Shown here piece after piece: positions 53,319-63,994 of a stretch of DNA of 64,000 nucleotides (positions within the stretch are counted from its first letter, which is position 1; each line of letters begins with the position of its first letter). Source of the DNA: Candidatus Omnitrophota bacterium (GTDB taxonomy: Bacteria > Omnitrophota > Gorgyraeia > JAZDFF01); assembly GCA_043808095.1 (NCBI GenBank), contig JAZDFF010000040.1, forward strand, positions 1,908 to 65,907, in the 5' to 3' direction. The notes under the pieces are model-generated. The model was not told where the DNA came from, searched no databases, and was given only the letters and a program-made list of their open reading frames with translations. The translations under genes were made by a program, and so were the position numbers.

Positions 53319-54635
53319 TTACTTCAACCAGAGTTCTTCTAATATATAATATGCCTCTTTAGGAGTTCTTTTGTCTAAACCAGCAGTGTCGCCTGGAGAA
53401 AGCTTGATTATCCCCCACCATTCTTCATTCATATTAAGATTTTTGGGTGCGGCGATATCAAAGAAATATCCGCCATTTGACCAGGAGGCCTCGGTATCCT
53501 GTATTGTCCAGCTACCTGGTCCATATTTCCACCACTCATCCGTCCATTCAAAGAGGCAGGCGCCTAAACAATTACCCAATCCGTCATGGCGATCAAATAA
53601 ATTTTTTTCAATCTCCTTCCACTGGCTTCTTATAAATAAGGCCTGAGTGGCCTCAGAAGGTATGTTTTGTTTTGCATCAAAAGAATCGCATCCGAACTCT
53701 GTAAAGAAGAAAGGACGAGCCCAGGTTATATTAACCTGACGAAATAAAGAACCAAAAGATTTGCCTGCATAATTAGATATTCCTAAAAGGTCGACATCTT
53801 TACAGATAAGCGCTGCCGTATCAAGTCCTCCTAAACCTCCGTTTCCTAAAGCAATGGGGTGAATTTTATCAATCTTTTTTATTTCTCGGGCAATATCGTT
53901 AACGAAGGCATAATAAATCTCAGCCTGCTGTTTCCTCTTAAGATAAGGATCACAGATCTCTTCTAACTGCGGCGTGGTCCAGGGGTTTAAATTTTGCGGC
54001 CCGAAGGAATAATTATTTTCATTGCCCAATACCCACATAAGTATGCCCGGTTCATCTTTAAAGGTCCTGACCATTTCTAAACAATCGCTTTTTATTCGTT
54101 GCCTAAAGTCTTTATCCCCGTATGAAGAACAATGCCCTTCCCAGAAACCTAACCAGTGCCCGAGAATTGTGCGAATCCCGTATTTACGATAAAAATAACT
54201 AATCATCTTTTTGATATTTGCGATATCTTTCCCCGGATGATACAGACGGATAACATTAACCCCGGCCTCAAACATTAAGGGGGCATCTGTCTGCCAAGGC
54301 CGGTGTTTGTCTTGACTCAAATCATAGTCATAACCCTGACCAATTGGGACGGGATTATAACAGGCGCCTTTTATGATAAAGGGTTTGTTATTTACGAGGA
54401 ATTCGAAGTGACCATTAGTGAGTTTTTGGATGGTTATCTTGTCAACACTTCGTATACCCCGATTGGCTTGCTCGGGGCTTGCTTTCTGAATATTCGATTC
54501 TTGGGTATCCTCAGTGTTGACGGGAGCATTTGCCGCCGTAGCCAATAGGCCTGATGATGTCAAAACAAAAAAGAGGCAAGAAATCCAGATTAAATTTTTT
54601 ACCGGATTTCTTGCCTCAATTTTTTTTATATCCAT
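53319..54635 (-). CDS. Secreted glycoside-hydrolase-like protein with a TIM-barrel-type signature.
   Basis: It has a signal peptide and a conserved GNEN block (VLGNENNY). It is paralogous to the C-terminal half of the 56094..58439 product (FEWxDEWWK, EEWWGI). Confidence 0.6.
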   Translation of the reverse strand: MDIKKIEARNPVKNLIWISCLFFVLTSSGLLATAANAPVNTEDTQESNIQKASPEQANRGIRSVDKITIQKLTNGHFEFLVNNKPFIIKGACYNPVPIGQGYDYDLSQDKHRPWQTDAPLMFEAGVNVIRLYHPGKDIANIKKMISYFYRKYGIRTILGHWLGFWEGHCSSYGDKDFRQRIKSDCLEMVRTFKDEPGILMWVLGNENNYSFGPQNLNPWTTPQLEEICDPYLKRKQQAEIYYAFVNDIAREIKKIDKIHPIALGNGGLGGLDTAALICKDVDLLGISNYAGKSFGSLFRQVNITWARPFFFTEFGCDSFDAKQNIPSEATQALFIRSQWKEIEKNLFDRHDGLGNCLGACLFEWTDEWWKYGPGSWTIQDTEASWSNGGYFFDIAAPKNLNMNEEWWGIIKLSPGDTAGLDKRTPKEAYYILEELWLK

Positions 54636-54751
54636 ACTTTATCTGTAAGACTAGCGAGAAAATCATTTTGGCACGAATCTACACGAACCACACACAAATT
54701 TTCACGAATAAATTCGTGTAAATTAGGCTCTTAATTCGTAGGAATTCGTGT

Positions 54752-55954
54752 TTACTCGTATTTTATCTCATCCAGATAGAACGTTGCGCCTTCCGGATTT
54801 ACGTCTACGTTAGTTGCCCAGCAAAAACCGCCGATAATCGAAGAAAGATCCTTTCCTCTTAGATCGATGCTGTATTGCTTCCACTCCTTGGTCAATAATA
54901 CCGGACCAATACCAGCTGAATCACTGTCAGAATATTCGCCGGTAAGACCGCCAATCTTAAATTCTTCAATACGTTCTTTACCGGTGGCGCCTTTTGCCCA
55001 GAAGGTAAGCTTGGTGGCCTTTGTAAGATCATGGCCGGCATCAGTCTGGCCCCAGTTGTTTGCAGGATGCTGCCAGTATAAGCCAGCCCAACGCGCACCT
55101 TGGGAATTTTTCCCGGAATAAACAATCTTTATGCAATTATCTCCCAGATATGGATCTCCGGTTGACGCCTGGTCTAAGGCGATATCGCCGTAATCACCCA
55201 TCCAACCTGAGGGGATAAAATGATTACCCACGGAAGTGCTATCGGCATAAACATAGAAAGGCATATTTTGCGCAGCCTTTACCTGAGGCTTAAGATTAGG
55301 GTCATATTCGAATTTGATATTATCAAGATAAAAACCCATGCCCTTGGGATTGGCATTTGCGGAAGTAACCCAGCCGAATCCGCCGCTTATATAGGTAAGG
55401 TCTTTTCCGGTAAGATTAATGGAATATTGTTCCCATTGATCGCTTAATTCTATGGGGCCGGTCTCAACCTCTGCTGTATCTGGATAAATGCCTTTTATAC
55501 CGCCAACCATGAATTTTTCGATTATTTCACCGCCCTTTGCGCCTTTGGCCCAGAAAGTAAGTTTATTTAGGCCGGTTAAATTAAAACCTCCTTGGCGCGC
55601 CCCCCAGTTATTCGGAGGATTCTGCCAATAGACCCCTACCCAGCCTTGTTTTTGCGTCTTCTTACCAGAATAGGTAAATTTTATGCAGGTCGTGCCAGAA
55701 TGGGGACTATCCATATCTTGGTCACCCATGACAATATCACCGTGATCGCCCATCCAGCCAGCAGGGATGTAGTGATTGTCAGGTGATTTTTTGTCCGTGT
55801 AGACATTAAAAACCTTAAGACTACCCTCTCCCTTTTTGACCGGTTCATCAGTTACCGTTTGGGCAAAAATAGGACTAACCAACAACAGGACTAGCCCTAT
55901 CACTGCAACAAAAGCCAGACATTTTTTCATACTTCCTCCTTTTAATGAGCGCAT
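54752..55954 (-). CDS. Secreted protein made of two tandem, approximately 170-aa, beta-rich modules that may bind carbohydrate.
   Basis: An internal duplication is visible (IPAGWMGDHGDI..CIKFTYSGKK..LTFWAKGAKG versus IPSGWMGDYGDI..CIKIVYSGKN..LTFWAKGATG). The first codons (MRSLK) derive from the family-A repeat, so the true start is probably MKKCL. Confidence 0.5.
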   Translation of the reverse strand: MRSLKGGSMKKCLAFVAVIGLVLLLVSPIFAQTVTDEPVKKGEGSLKVFNVYTDKKSPDNHYIPAGWMGDHGDIVMGDQDMDSPHSGTTCIKFTYSGKKTQKQGWVGVYWQNPPNNWGARQGGFNLTGLNKLTFWAKGAKGGEIIEKFMVGGIKGIYPDTAEVETGPIELSDQWEQYSINLTGKDLTYISGGFGWVTSANANPKGMGFYLDNIKFEYDPNLKPQVKAAQNMPFYVYADSTSVGNHFIPSGWMGDYGDIALDQASTGDPYLGDNCIKIVYSGKNSQGARWAGLYWQHPANNWGQTDAGHDLTKATKLTFWAKGATGKERIEEFKIGGLTGEYSDSDSAGIGPVLLTKEWKQYSIDLRGKDLSSIIGGFCWATNVDVNPEGATFYLDEIKYE

Positions 55955-56093
55955 AACTTACGGAGCACAACGTGCGACGTAAGTTATCTGCGCGAATTAA
56001 TCCCGAAGCTTAAGCTAAAATTATCGAAGAAAATTTTAGCTTGTCTAAGCGAGGGACATGTTAATCCTGACACTAACGTATCTTCGGGGTCAT

Positions 56094-58439
56094 TCACCTC
56101 CATAATTCCTTATACGTAAAATAGCTCTTTCTCGATTGTCTTAAAAACGGGCTTAAAGAGCCGTTGCCTTGGCCGACTATACCCAGCCATTCCTCGTGCA
56201 TAAAGCCGTCGGGAAACGGGCCGGTAAACAGGCCTTTTGTATCATGGACAGATGGTTCATAGGCCTTCCACCATTCATCCAGCCATTCAAAGAGTATTGC
56301 GCCTAAGGCATTACCGAAACCGTCTTGGCCCGTCATATTCAAAGAGGTATCCTCCCATGCACTGCGATGATATTCTGCCTGCAAGGCCTCTGCCTCTTCA
56401 GTAGACTTTCCCTCGGCATAAGCCGAACAGCCATATTCAGAAATAAATGCTGGCTTATCCGTCTGTTCTTTAACCACCTGCCAAAAATCCACAAAACCAT
56501 AACCGCCCCGATAGACATTAGCAGCAAAGATATCTACATCCGGACAATTCTTGGCGAATCTATCTAAAAAGAGTGTATCTCCGTTGGCAATAGCGATGGG
56601 GTGATTTTTATCTATCTTTTTTATTTCTAAAGCTACTTCATTTACAAATTTAAAAAAGGCATCGGGGTCTTTATTGGCATTGCAGGCCACGCCGTAGACA
56701 TTCTCATTGCCCAATAACCACATTAAAACATAGGGCTCGTCTTTAAATTCCAAAACCAGCTTTTTAACCTCGTTTAACATATTCTCGCGGTGCTTGGGAT
56801 TATTGTAATCTGTACCTTCATACCAGCTTGCGCCGCTTCCGATAGCATACTTTCCCAAGAAATCGCCTAAGATTACTCTTATCCCGAATCTATTATACAT
56901 ATCTTGCAATAATTTCTTATCCAGCTTAAAGGGTTGGTGATAAAGCCTTATGGTATTAACTCCCATTTCCTTCATCAGGGTAAAATCGCCTAGTGCAGGC
57001 TCATTGATATCCTGTTTGTTGTTGCGATTTTTGTCGATAAAGGCATCATAAGGACCGTCGCATTTACCATTTTTATTATAATCATATTCCATCCAGTTCT
57101 TTAAGGTGCCGTCGTCAGGGCTCTGACCGACTTTTACCGGCGCATAAGTAATGCCTTTAATTACATAAGGCTTATTATCCACTAATAATTGCCAAGAGCC
57201 GTCGCTATATTGTACCAGACCAACCTTGCCCTGGCCGACTCTTCTTTTTACGGTTTTAAATTGGAATTTATTTAAGAGCGGTTTAAGTCTATCCCAAAAA
57301 GTAACTTCTACGAATCTACCTGGATTGGTAATTACAATATCGTTGTTGATATCGTTGTCAAAACCATTAATCACCTGAATTCGGGCCTCGACTAACTTTA
57401 TTTTAAGTTCGGGGTGTTTTCTGCAGAGATATTTTATCTTGGCTATCGCAGCAGAAGCCACATACCAAGGTGTATGCCAATAAGTCCAGCCGTAACTGTT
57501 CGGGAAGTTAACTACGATGGCATAATAGGCCTTGATGGCATGAGCAATTAGACCTGCGCGTTCTAAAACTAATCCAGTATAAAAAAGCCTTATTCCCTGC
57601 GGCTCGGAGGCGGTGGCCCATTTAAAGAAATTTGCCTGATTATCATCAGTATAAATAAAATCCCAATGGCTGCCGCTTAACCTTCCTTCCTCTTTGGCCT
57701 TAGCATAGGCAAGGTCCCAACGGATGGAGGTGGTATTAGGATAAATACCCTCTCCGACGGCAAGAGAAAGCCCTTCCTGATCTAAAATCTTATAGTGATA
57801 ATCCTTTGTCCCCATACCGGTAAACCTTCCGTATTTAGAATAATCTACAATTGATTCTCTTCCTGGGTCATTAAGGATGAGCGTAGTCTTTGGTCTCTTG
57901 GGTTTTGGGGTTTCTTTAGGTTTAGGCTGCTTTAGAGACGGTTGATTGGTTTGGGTTTCTAACAGTTTATCAATCTTCTCAATTGATAATTTACTTTTTT
58001 CTGCCACTGACCAATACCAACCCCTGGGATCCCAGGCCTCGGCATATTTATATTTTTGTATAATCAATCTAAAAACTACTTTTGCCTCTTCGAATTTGCC
58101 TTGACGCATATAAAACTCAGCCTGGATAAAATAACAAGTGGCGACGTTATTAAGCACATCGTATTTTGATTCTTCTCCTTTAGGCGGAAAATCAGTCATA
58201 TCTGAAGCAAGCCTATCGGACTCATCTTTATAAAGCTCGATGCATTTATTCGTATATTCCAACACCTTATCAAACTTTTTCTCGCCCAGCGCCTCCCACG
58301 CCTTGCCTACATAGTCCTTCGATGAGAGTTGTTCGTCGGAGAAAGCTACGTTGCTGCAAGAAAAACACACACACCAACACAGTAAAGATATTAAATAACG
58401 TGTTAGCCTTTGCATATATAGCGTACGTTGTTTCATCAC
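56094..58439 (-). CDS. Large secreted protein with an N-terminal TPR-like region and a C-terminal glycoside-hydrolase-like domain.
   Basis: It has a signal peptide. Its C-terminal approximately 350 aa are paralogous to the 53319..54635 product (GNEN block, FEWLDEWWK). Confidence 0.6.
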   Translation of the reverse strand: MMKQRTLYMQRLTRYLISLLCWCVCFSCSNVAFSDEQLSSKDYVGKAWEALGEKKFDKVLEYTNKCIELYKDESDRLASDMTDFPPKGEESKYDVLNNVATCYFIQAEFYMRQGKFEEAKVVFRLIIQKYKYAEAWDPRGWYWSVAEKSKLSIEKIDKLLETQTNQPSLKQPKPKETPKPKRPKTTLILNDPGRESIVDYSKYGRFTGMGTKDYHYKILDQEGLSLAVGEGIYPNTTSIRWDLAYAKAKEEGRLSGSHWDFIYTDDNQANFFKWATASEPQGIRLFYTGLVLERAGLIAHAIKAYYAIVVNFPNSYGWTYWHTPWYVASAAIAKIKYLCRKHPELKIKLVEARIQVINGFDNDINNDIVITNPGRFVEVTFWDRLKPLLNKFQFKTVKRRVGQGKVGLVQYSDGSWQLLVDNKPYVIKGITYAPVKVGQSPDDGTLKNWMEYDYNKNGKCDGPYDAFIDKNRNNKQDINEPALGDFTLMKEMGVNTIRLYHQPFKLDKKLLQDMYNRFGIRVILGDFLGKYAIGSGASWYEGTDYNNPKHRENMLNEVKKLVLEFKDEPYVLMWLLGNENVYGVACNANKDPDAFFKFVNEVALEIKKIDKNHPIAIANGDTLFLDRFAKNCPDVDIFAANVYRGGYGFVDFWQVVKEQTDKPAFISEYGCSAYAEGKSTEEAEALQAEYHRSAWEDTSLNMTGQDGFGNALGAILFEWLDEWWKAYEPSVHDTKGLFTGPFPDGFMHEEWLGIVGQGNGSLSPFLRQSRKSYFTYKELWR

Positions 58440-58614
58440 TTATCTTACTAACGCTCCTTGCGCTAATACCCTTCGCGATATACTTCTACATCAATTTATT
58501 CTACTTCGCTAAAGCTTCGTAGAATATTCTCGCCGGAATAATTCTCCGAAGCCTATACCATTGTTTACTATTGGTAAGGCGAAGGAGAATATTTTGGCGT
58601 TTTGATATCGAACC

Positions 58615-60135
58615 CTAGTCCCGTCTTTCTCCTTTTCGCCTTTCTTCTTCTCGTCTCTCTTCTGCTCGTCTTTCTTCTTTTCGTCTTTCTTCTCTTCGTC
58701 TTTCGACCTGCGCACGAATCTCATAGGCTTTATCTTCGGTGATTGAGAAAGTCTTAATGACGAAAATAGCCGCTGCAGAGGTCGCAATCGGAATACCGAT
58801 ATCGCACAAGCGCATATTCAACAACGTCCGCGCTGATTGGCCGAGGCCTAATGCAACATTGAAGCCGGTTAGATTCAAGAGGAATCCGGATATAACCGAT
58901 GAGAATGCGACTCCCACTTTTACCATCCACCAGTAAATAGCCCCAAACATACCTTCTCTGCGCGTGTCAGTGGTAAGTTCATCAAGGTCACAGACATCGG
59001 CTACCATGGAATTGACCAATGTAAAAAGCGATCCCAGGCCGAATGCCATGAATGGAGCAGCGATCAACAGTAAGTACGGATGCTGGGGGTTATATCCAAG
59101 CCATTTCAAAGCATAACCAATGATTGAAAGAGGAATAGTGATAAAAAAAGTGTTTCTTTTCCCAAGCTTTCTGGACAGCCATATGGTTACGTAAATGGCG
59201 CCCATAGTACAAATAGCGCTGAATGTTCCAAAACAACCAAGCAAAAGTCCGCCTCTTGCATAGGCTTGATCGAGAACAGGAGCATTTTTAAAGACATAAA
59301 AGAAAACAACATAAATGGTAAAAGCTGACGCACACATGAATCCGCCAAAGATCAGTAAGGTGAATATGCACAGCTTGAGAAATGGTTTACATTTAAGAGT
59401 AATAAAACCCCCACCAAAGAAGTTTTTCATCACATTCCAGGCACCCTTGATATCAGGCTTTGGTAAGTGGTGGAAGTATTCTTTATTAAAAATAGCTGGC
59501 AGGATTCCACATCCAACTATAATAATACCTATGATGATGGCAAGAAATCGTCCGCCATAAACGATATCTGGAAACCAGGCCTGGTTGTGCATAATAGCCC
59601 AACACCAAGGAGCGATGAGCCATGGCAACTGACCGCCAAAATTACTGGCCCCCTGCAGCCGTGTACGTTCATGATAATCGGGGGTCATCTCATAGCCAAG
59701 GGCAATCCAAGGGATAGAAAAACATGTAAATCCGATAAAATAAAGGGTCTGAATTATTCCGAAATACAAGACATAAAAAAGTTCGCTATGCCCTTTATAA
59801 AGTTGAAACATAAGAGTGTAACAAATCCCACCAGCAATCGCGCCAAAGAATATAAGCGGCCTACGGCGCCCCCAGCGGGTCCGCAGATTATCAGAAATGT
59901 AACCTGTTATAGGATCTGATATGGCATCAATAATACGAGGGAGAGCTCCTACCAAACCCACTAAAGCAGGATTCACGCCTAAGCCGAGGTTTAGAACAAT
60001 TACCATCTGTGAAATAAATGCGGCTTGAGCAGTATTCGCAAATGCCCCTATACTGTATATGGCTTTTTGAAAAAAAGGAATGCGGTCTTCGGGGGCTGTA
60101 ACATGGTGTTTTGACTGAGCAGTTGGTTGTTCCAC
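58615..60135 (-). CDS. MFS-family (GPH-like) sugar:cation symporter with a charged low-complexity C-terminal tail.
   Basis: It has twelve hydrophobic helices and a C-terminal tail RRREERRKEERRAEERREEERRKGERRD. The start is probably GTG. Confidence 0.75.
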   Translation of the reverse strand: MEQPTAQSKHHVTAPEDRIPFFQKAIYSIGAFANTAQAAFISQMVIVLNLGLGVNPALVGLVGALPRIIDAISDPITGYISDNLRTRWGRRRPLIFFGAIAGGICYTLMFQLYKGHSELFYVLYFGIIQTLYFIGFTCFSIPWIALGYEMTPDYHERTRLQGASNFGGQLPWLIAPWCWAIMHNQAWFPDIVYGGRFLAIIIGIIIVGCGILPAIFNKEYFHHLPKPDIKGAWNVMKNFFGGGFITLKCKPFLKLCIFTLLIFGGFMCASAFTIYVVFFYVFKNAPVLDQAYARGGLLLGCFGTFSAICTMGAIYVTIWLSRKLGKRNTFFITIPLSIIGYALKWLGYNPQHPYLLLIAAPFMAFGLGSLFTLVNSMVADVCDLDELTTDTRREGMFGAIYWWMVKVGVAFSSVISGFLLNLTGFNVALGLGQSARTLLNMRLCDIGIPIATSAAAIFVIKTFSITEDKAYEIRAQVERRREERRKEERRAEERREEERRKGERRD

Positions 60136-60352
60136 TAATCGATCTCCGTTTAATGAGCAGATAACTTACGCGAGCAATGTAAACGAGCGTAAATTATAGG
60201 CCGTCAGGCCGTCTGCGAATTAACCCCGAGCCTTCTAGGCGAGGGGTCTAGATAATTTACGCTAGTAGTGCGGCGGCCTTGTTCATTTGTGGCCGCATAA
60301 ATGTGGTAATTATAACAAATAGGCCTGGTGTAAACAAGATTAAACAATTTTT

Positions 60353-61219
60353 TCATCCAAATAGCGCGCCGGAAGTTACTCCTTTGACAATATACTTCTG
60401 CATCAGGAGGTAAACGACGATTATAGGCAGGGCCGTTATAGTAAGTCCTGCCATCAAAAGCGGGTAACGAGTCAGGAACTCTCCCTGAAACACCATCAAC
60501 GCCCGTTGAAGAGGCATCAGGTTTTTACTGTCAAACATTATCAGGGCCAGCACATATTCGTTCCAGACATTGAGCGCATTCAAGACCACCACGACCGCCA
60601 ATACCGGTTTGGCTAGCGGCAGGGCCACATGCCTCCAGATACCCAATTTTGAGCAACCGTCAATACGGGCCGCATCCTCTAATTCCTTGGGCATCTTGTC
60701 AAAAAAAGTCTTCAAAAGAAAAATACTCGTAGATAACCCTACGTTTATCATGCACAAGATATAGCCTATCGCAGTATTCCTCAGGTGCAATTTATTTAAG
60801 AGGACAAATAAAGGCACGAAGCTCCCTGGTATAGGAATCATCATCGCCGCCATAAACATAAAAAAGAGCAGGTTCTTCCCCGGGAAACGCAAGCGTGAAA
60901 AGGCATAGGCAGCCAGGGAGGCCACGATGATTATTCCGATTACTACCGAAACAGTATAAAAGATGCTATTTAAAAAATACCGGCCAAAGCCGCCCTGTTG
61001 CCAGGCGAGGATATAATTCTCAAAATGAAATTCCTTTGGGATTAAAGACATATCCTTGAATATTGTCTCCTGGGTCTTCAAACTTGATGATACCATCCAC
61101 AATAAAGGGCATAGGCAGGTGACTGCTACGGTAATCAAAAATAGATGGATTAATAAATTTATGCTTGTCTTTTTAATCTTGTAGTAAATGGCTGTCTTCA
61201 TCTTGGCACTAATCTCCAC
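60353..61219 (-). CDS. Carbohydrate ABC transporter permease (UgpE/MalG type).
   Basis: It has six TM helices and an EAA loop (DAARIDG..LAKP). Confidence 0.85.
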   Translation of the reverse strand: MEISAKMKTAIYYKIKKTSINLLIHLFLITVAVTCLCPLLWMVSSSLKTQETIFKDMSLIPKEFHFENYILAWQQGGFGRYFLNSIFYTVSVVIGIIIVASLAAYAFSRLRFPGKNLLFFMFMAAMMIPIPGSFVPLFVLLNKLHLRNTAIGYILCMINVGLSTSIFLLKTFFDKMPKELEDAARIDGCSKLGIWRHVALPLAKPVLAVVVVLNALNVWNEYVLALIMFDSKNLMPLQRALMVFQGEFLTRYPLLMAGLTITALPIIVVYLLMQKYIVKGVTSGALFG

Positions 61220-61316
61220 TAATTACACACGAATTCCCACCAATAAAATTCGTGTAAATTTGTGTGAAATTTGTGTTCATTTGTGTAGAAATATTGTTTT
61301 TAAACAGTTTAAATCT

Positions 61317-62195
61317 CTAAGCCTGGCGGTATTTCTTAGAAAATCTGTACTGAATAAATGAAATAATCACTAAAATCACTCCGAAAGTTATGCCCTGGGC
61401 GCAGGCATAACCAAAACGCGATGAACCGCGCATAGAAGCCAAAATCCTTAACACCGGCACCTGCGTATGGTATGCCGGCCCTCCGTCGGTCATAGCGATA
61501 ATCAAAATAAATCCCTGCATCGTGCCTAAAATCGTAAGTATAGCCACTAATACTGCCACGGGTATCATCGAGGGAAAGGTAATCTTTCTAAAACAATCCC
61601 AGGCATTGGCCCCGTCAACGCGCGCGGCTTCATAGAGTTCACGGGGAATAGTCTGTAACCCTGCCAGGAATATTAGGAAACCCCAGCCAAAACCTTTCCA
61701 CGAATGCACAATGGCAACAGTATTAAGTGCGGTCGCCGGATCAGAGAGCCAGTTCCTCGCCAGGTGAGCCAGCCCCAGGTTCGTTAACCAGTGGTTTAAT
61801 AACCCATAATTCCCATCCAGAATCCACTGCCAGACCAGTCCCACCACTACTCCGGATAAAACCGGCGGGATGAAAAAGATGAACCGATAGAAGCGTTTGA
61901 GTTTTATCTCGCGGTCGCAGGCCCAGGCCAAAAGAAAGGCAAGGGCGTTTTGAAAAGTCAGGGCAATCAAGGTAATGTATCCGGCATTGGCCATTGACTG
62001 CCACCAGATTTTATCTTCAAAGAATATTTCTTTAAAATTACCCAGACCCACGAAGGCCTTGGTAGGCAGTATCCCGTCCCATTCATACATTCCCAGTTGA
62101 AAAACCCAGATAAAAGGGATGATGTAGAATGTCACAAAGATTGCTACTGCGGGAAGGACGAATGTGTAATTTTCTAAGGTGGATTTGAGTCTCAT
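61317..62195 (-). CDS. Carbohydrate ABC transporter permease (UgpA/MalF type).
   Basis: It has six TM helices and the EAA motif YEAARVDGANAW. Confidence 0.85.
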   Translation of the reverse strand: MRLKSTLENYTFVLPAVAIFVTFYIIPFIWVFQLGMYEWDGILPTKAFVGLGNFKEIFFEDKIWWQSMANAGYITLIALTFQNALAFLLAWACDREIKLKRFYRFIFFIPPVLSGVVVGLVWQWILDGNYGLLNHWLTNLGLAHLARNWLSDPATALNTVAIVHSWKGFGWGFLIFLAGLQTIPRELYEAARVDGANAWDCFRKITFPSMIPVAVLVAILTILGTMQGFILIIAMTDGGPAYHTQVPVLRILASMRGSSRFGYACAQGITFGVILVIISFIQYRFSKKYRQA

Positions 62196-62316
62196 AATTT
62201 AGAGTATTGGGGTATTAGGATATCGGGATTTGGATATTGGGATATTTGGAAATTAGGAATATTTACCTGATCTCCTATTCTCCTAATCACCAAAACCCAA
62301 TTTCCCAATCACCAAA

Positions 62317-63621
62317 TCACCTTTTCTTTGCTAATTCCCGCTCTTTAATCTTCTGCGTTCCCTGCGCTATCTGAACAGGCGTCTTCTCGCCGATAATTAT
62401 TGACTGTATCCCTTTATTAAAGGTTTCTAAAACCTGGGGCGACTCGGATATACTCCATGCATTGGGATGCGTGGTAAGTTCAATATCATCGGCAAACTGC
62501 GCAAGAATAGGAGGAATCTTGCTTAACGCGTCTTTATTTGCCGGCGGGTTCGAAGTTGTTTCTGCTAAATATGCCTGCTGGTCCGCCCCGGTCAACCACT
62601 CTAAAAACTTTACTGCTTCCTCTTTATTCTGAGAGCGGGCATTAATAATAAAAGATGAGCCCGCCCCGCCCCAGATGGTCATGGGATATTTATCTGAAAC
62701 CTGCGGCGGCAACATCACGGCATAATTTAAACCGGGGTTCATGCCTTTATAGACATTTACGCACCATGAACCGTTAAAGGCAAAGACTGCTCTTCCGTTA
62801 GCAAAGAGCTGCTCAGCAGCCTTATTAATCATGATCACCAACCCATTGGACAAAACCCCCGAATCCTGCATCTCCTTAAAGAGCGTTAATACCCTGACCC
62901 AATCCGGGTCAGTATAGGGGACTTCTCCGCGAATGGTTGCCAGAACCTTATCTTCTCCCATAAGATTAAAGGCATAATTATTGGCCAAACATTCAATCAT
63001 CCACACCTCTCCCCATCCGGAAACCAGGCCCTGCATATTGGCCTGTTTAATCTTCTGGCCTATATCTAAGAATTCTTGAAAAGTCAAGGGCGGCTCATTC
63101 GGATCAAGCCCTAATTCCTTAAATAAATCCTTATTATAAAGCATCTGGATGGTCATGATATCTATGGGCGCGCCGTAAATACCCGTCTTGATACCGTAAC
63201 TATTACCGTCGGAAAATGCATTTACTGCCAGGGCCTTGCTAAAGAAATTATTTTTCCATTTACCCGAATCCGCCTCCATGTAGGGCGTTAAATCCAGGAC
63301 ATGTCCGGCCTTGATAAAGGAGGCGAAATCCCACATCTTACCTAATATCCCGAAGATATCCGGAAGGTTTTGCCCTTGCGCCGCAGCGCGCACTTTCTCC
63401 TCATAGGCATCAGAGGGCGCATAGAGTTCAAAATTTACTTTTACGCCGGTTAACCCTGCATATTTTTTAGCCAGCTCCTGGAATGCCGATTCCCTGTCCG
63501 TCATCCAGTGCCAGACGGTCAGCGTAGCCTGGGAGCTGCTTTCCTGTTTGGGCGCGCAACCCGCAAGAGCAAACAGGAAACAGGCAGAGACAAATATACA
63601 CCCCAAATAAAATCTTCTCAT
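62317..63621 (-). CDS. ABC transporter extracellular solute-binding protein, family 1 (sugar).
   Basis: It has a lipoprotein signal peptide (FALAGCAP) and an SBP_bac_1-like fold. Confidence 0.85.
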   Translation of the reverse strand: MRRFYLGCIFVSACFLFALAGCAPKQESSSQATLTVWHWMTDRESAFQELAKKYAGLTGVKVNFELYAPSDAYEEKVRAAAQGQNLPDIFGILGKMWDFASFIKAGHVLDLTPYMEADSGKWKNNFFSKALAVNAFSDGNSYGIKTGIYGAPIDIMTIQMLYNKDLFKELGLDPNEPPLTFQEFLDIGQKIKQANMQGLVSGWGEVWMIECLANNYAFNLMGEDKVLATIRGEVPYTDPDWVRVLTLFKEMQDSGVLSNGLVIMINKAAEQLFANGRAVFAFNGSWCVNVYKGMNPGLNYAVMLPPQVSDKYPMTIWGGAGSSFIINARSQNKEEAVKFLEWLTGADQQAYLAETTSNPPANKDALSKIPPILAQFADDIELTTHPNAWSISESPQVLETFNKGIQSIIIGEKTPVQIAQGTQKIKERELAKKR

Positions 63622-63718
63622 AGACCAGCTTCTCTTAATTTATATCAGATAATTTTTTGTCGATTTATGATCAGGATGCGTATGCACGAAAATTATTGGA
63701 AGGAAAAGGACAGGTACT

Positions 63719-63994
63719 TTATCTTCTCATCCATAATATACGCGCCAGGCCCATCAACTCGGCTTTCTCCAGGCGCACGCCCACACGCTGTCCTTCTCTT
63801 TCGCTAAAAGGCCCGGACCAAACTACTTCTCCGCGCGTATAAAGGGGTTCATGCTGGTCGGGAATATCCAGCCACATCTCTAAAGGCGTCCTGACGGATA
63901 AATTCTGCTGCGCCAGCAGGCCTAAGCCATTGGCGCTGATATCAATCGTATCTGCCCTGCCTTCCTGTCCGCTGGTAGAATCTAAAAATCTCAC
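63719..63994 (-). CDS. PilZ-domain protein, C-terminal part only; the gene continues past the window edge.
   Basis: It has the PilZ signature DISANGLGL and the RxxxR-region context. Confidence 0.55.
   Translation of the reverse strand: MRFLDSTSGQEGRADTIDISANGLGLLAQQNLSVRTPLEMWLDIPDQHEPLYTRGEVVWSGPFSEREGQRVGVRLEKAELMGLARILWMRR

Noticed and set aside
58509-58787. A 92-aa ORF overlapping the MFS C-terminus.
   Set aside because: It is the out-of-frame reading of the same low-complexity purine-rich region (KKDEKKKDEQKRDEKKK). The MFS frame is the continuous one.
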